IMG/VR virus record: IMGVR_UViG_3300037467_001880
Span: 1-34,564 of that record
Length of the DNA: 34,564 nucleotides
Source of the DNA: a virus
Lineage: Duplodnaviria > Caudoviricetes
Reading direction: 5' to 3' (one strand)
Every line of letters starts with the position of its first letter. The stretch's first letter is position 1. Shown here piece after piece: positions 34,326-34,564 of the stretch. Under the pieces are notes generated by a model. The model was not told the origin of the DNA, made no database searches, and worked only from the letters and a program-made list of their open reading frames with translations. The translations under genes and the position numbers were made by a program.

Positions 34326-34564
34326 TTACGACATTTTGTCAATCGCCGTCACGGTTTCGATCAAGCGCTTGCGCTGTTCGCTGTTGCCCAATTTGACATC
34401 GCCCACGCCGGCCTTGCGCACGGTGCGGATGATTTCGTATTCGTTGTCCGAAATGACCGGCTGATGCAGGATGGTTTCTTCGATCGCGGCCCACGTTTCG
34501 GGCTCGTACTCGCTCATGACGAGGCGAAACAGGTAGACGGGGTCGGCGTTCAGCGCGCGCGCCA
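34326..34564 (-). CDS. 3' part of an XRE/HTH-type transcriptional regulator (5'-truncated by the window edge)
   Basis: The frame is open to the window end: ..ARALNADPVYLFRLVMSEYEPETWAAIEE..ISDNEYEII. LARAL..DP..L is the typical tail of an XRE HTH domain; a terminator follows. Confidence 0.65.
   Translation of the reverse strand, partial: ARALNADPVYLFRLVMSEYEPETWAAIEETILHQPVISDNEYEIIRTVRKAGVGDVKLGNSEQRKRLIETVTAIDKMS

Noticed and set aside
1-34564. tRNA, rRNA or integrase genes
   Set aside because: None were recognised. Intergenic gaps are short and explained by promoters and terminators; a covariance-model scan would be needed to exclude small ncRNAs.

Overview
The window is a continuous, almost entirely + strand segment of a GC-rich tailed phage. 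Its gene order resembles large temperate siphovirus or SSU5-type phage-plasmids, which is an inference from memory and not a database result. From left to right it holds: (1) a lambda-like tail-tip module with a 5'-truncated tape measure, gpM-, gpL- and gpK(NlpC/P60)-like genes and a fused gpI/gpJ-like central fibre; (2) several further fibre, adhesin and decoration genes; (3) a lysis cassette with holin-like genes, a GH19 endolysin and overlapping spanins; (4) a beta-helix protein followed by a strong terminator; (5) phoH followed by a GIY-YIG homing endonuclease; (6) a replication module with a hypothetical protein, an Hfq/Sm-fold-like protein, DnaB-like helicase, NUMOD4-HNH and primase; (7) a WGR-like protein, an ATP-dependent DNA ligase, hypotheticals, and the 3' part of a convergent XRE-like regulator. 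Three signals stand out. First, a palindromic AGTCA-N4-TGACT element recurs at seven module boundaries, each time overlapping a sigma70-like promoter, suggesting a genome-wide operator regulon. Second, the homing endonuclease ORF ends in a recoded duplicate of the PhoH C-terminus. Third, an Hfq-like gene is translationally coupled to the helicase and sits behind a perfect TTGACA-19bp-TATAAT promoter. All functional calls come from motif recognition by eye; no searches were run.
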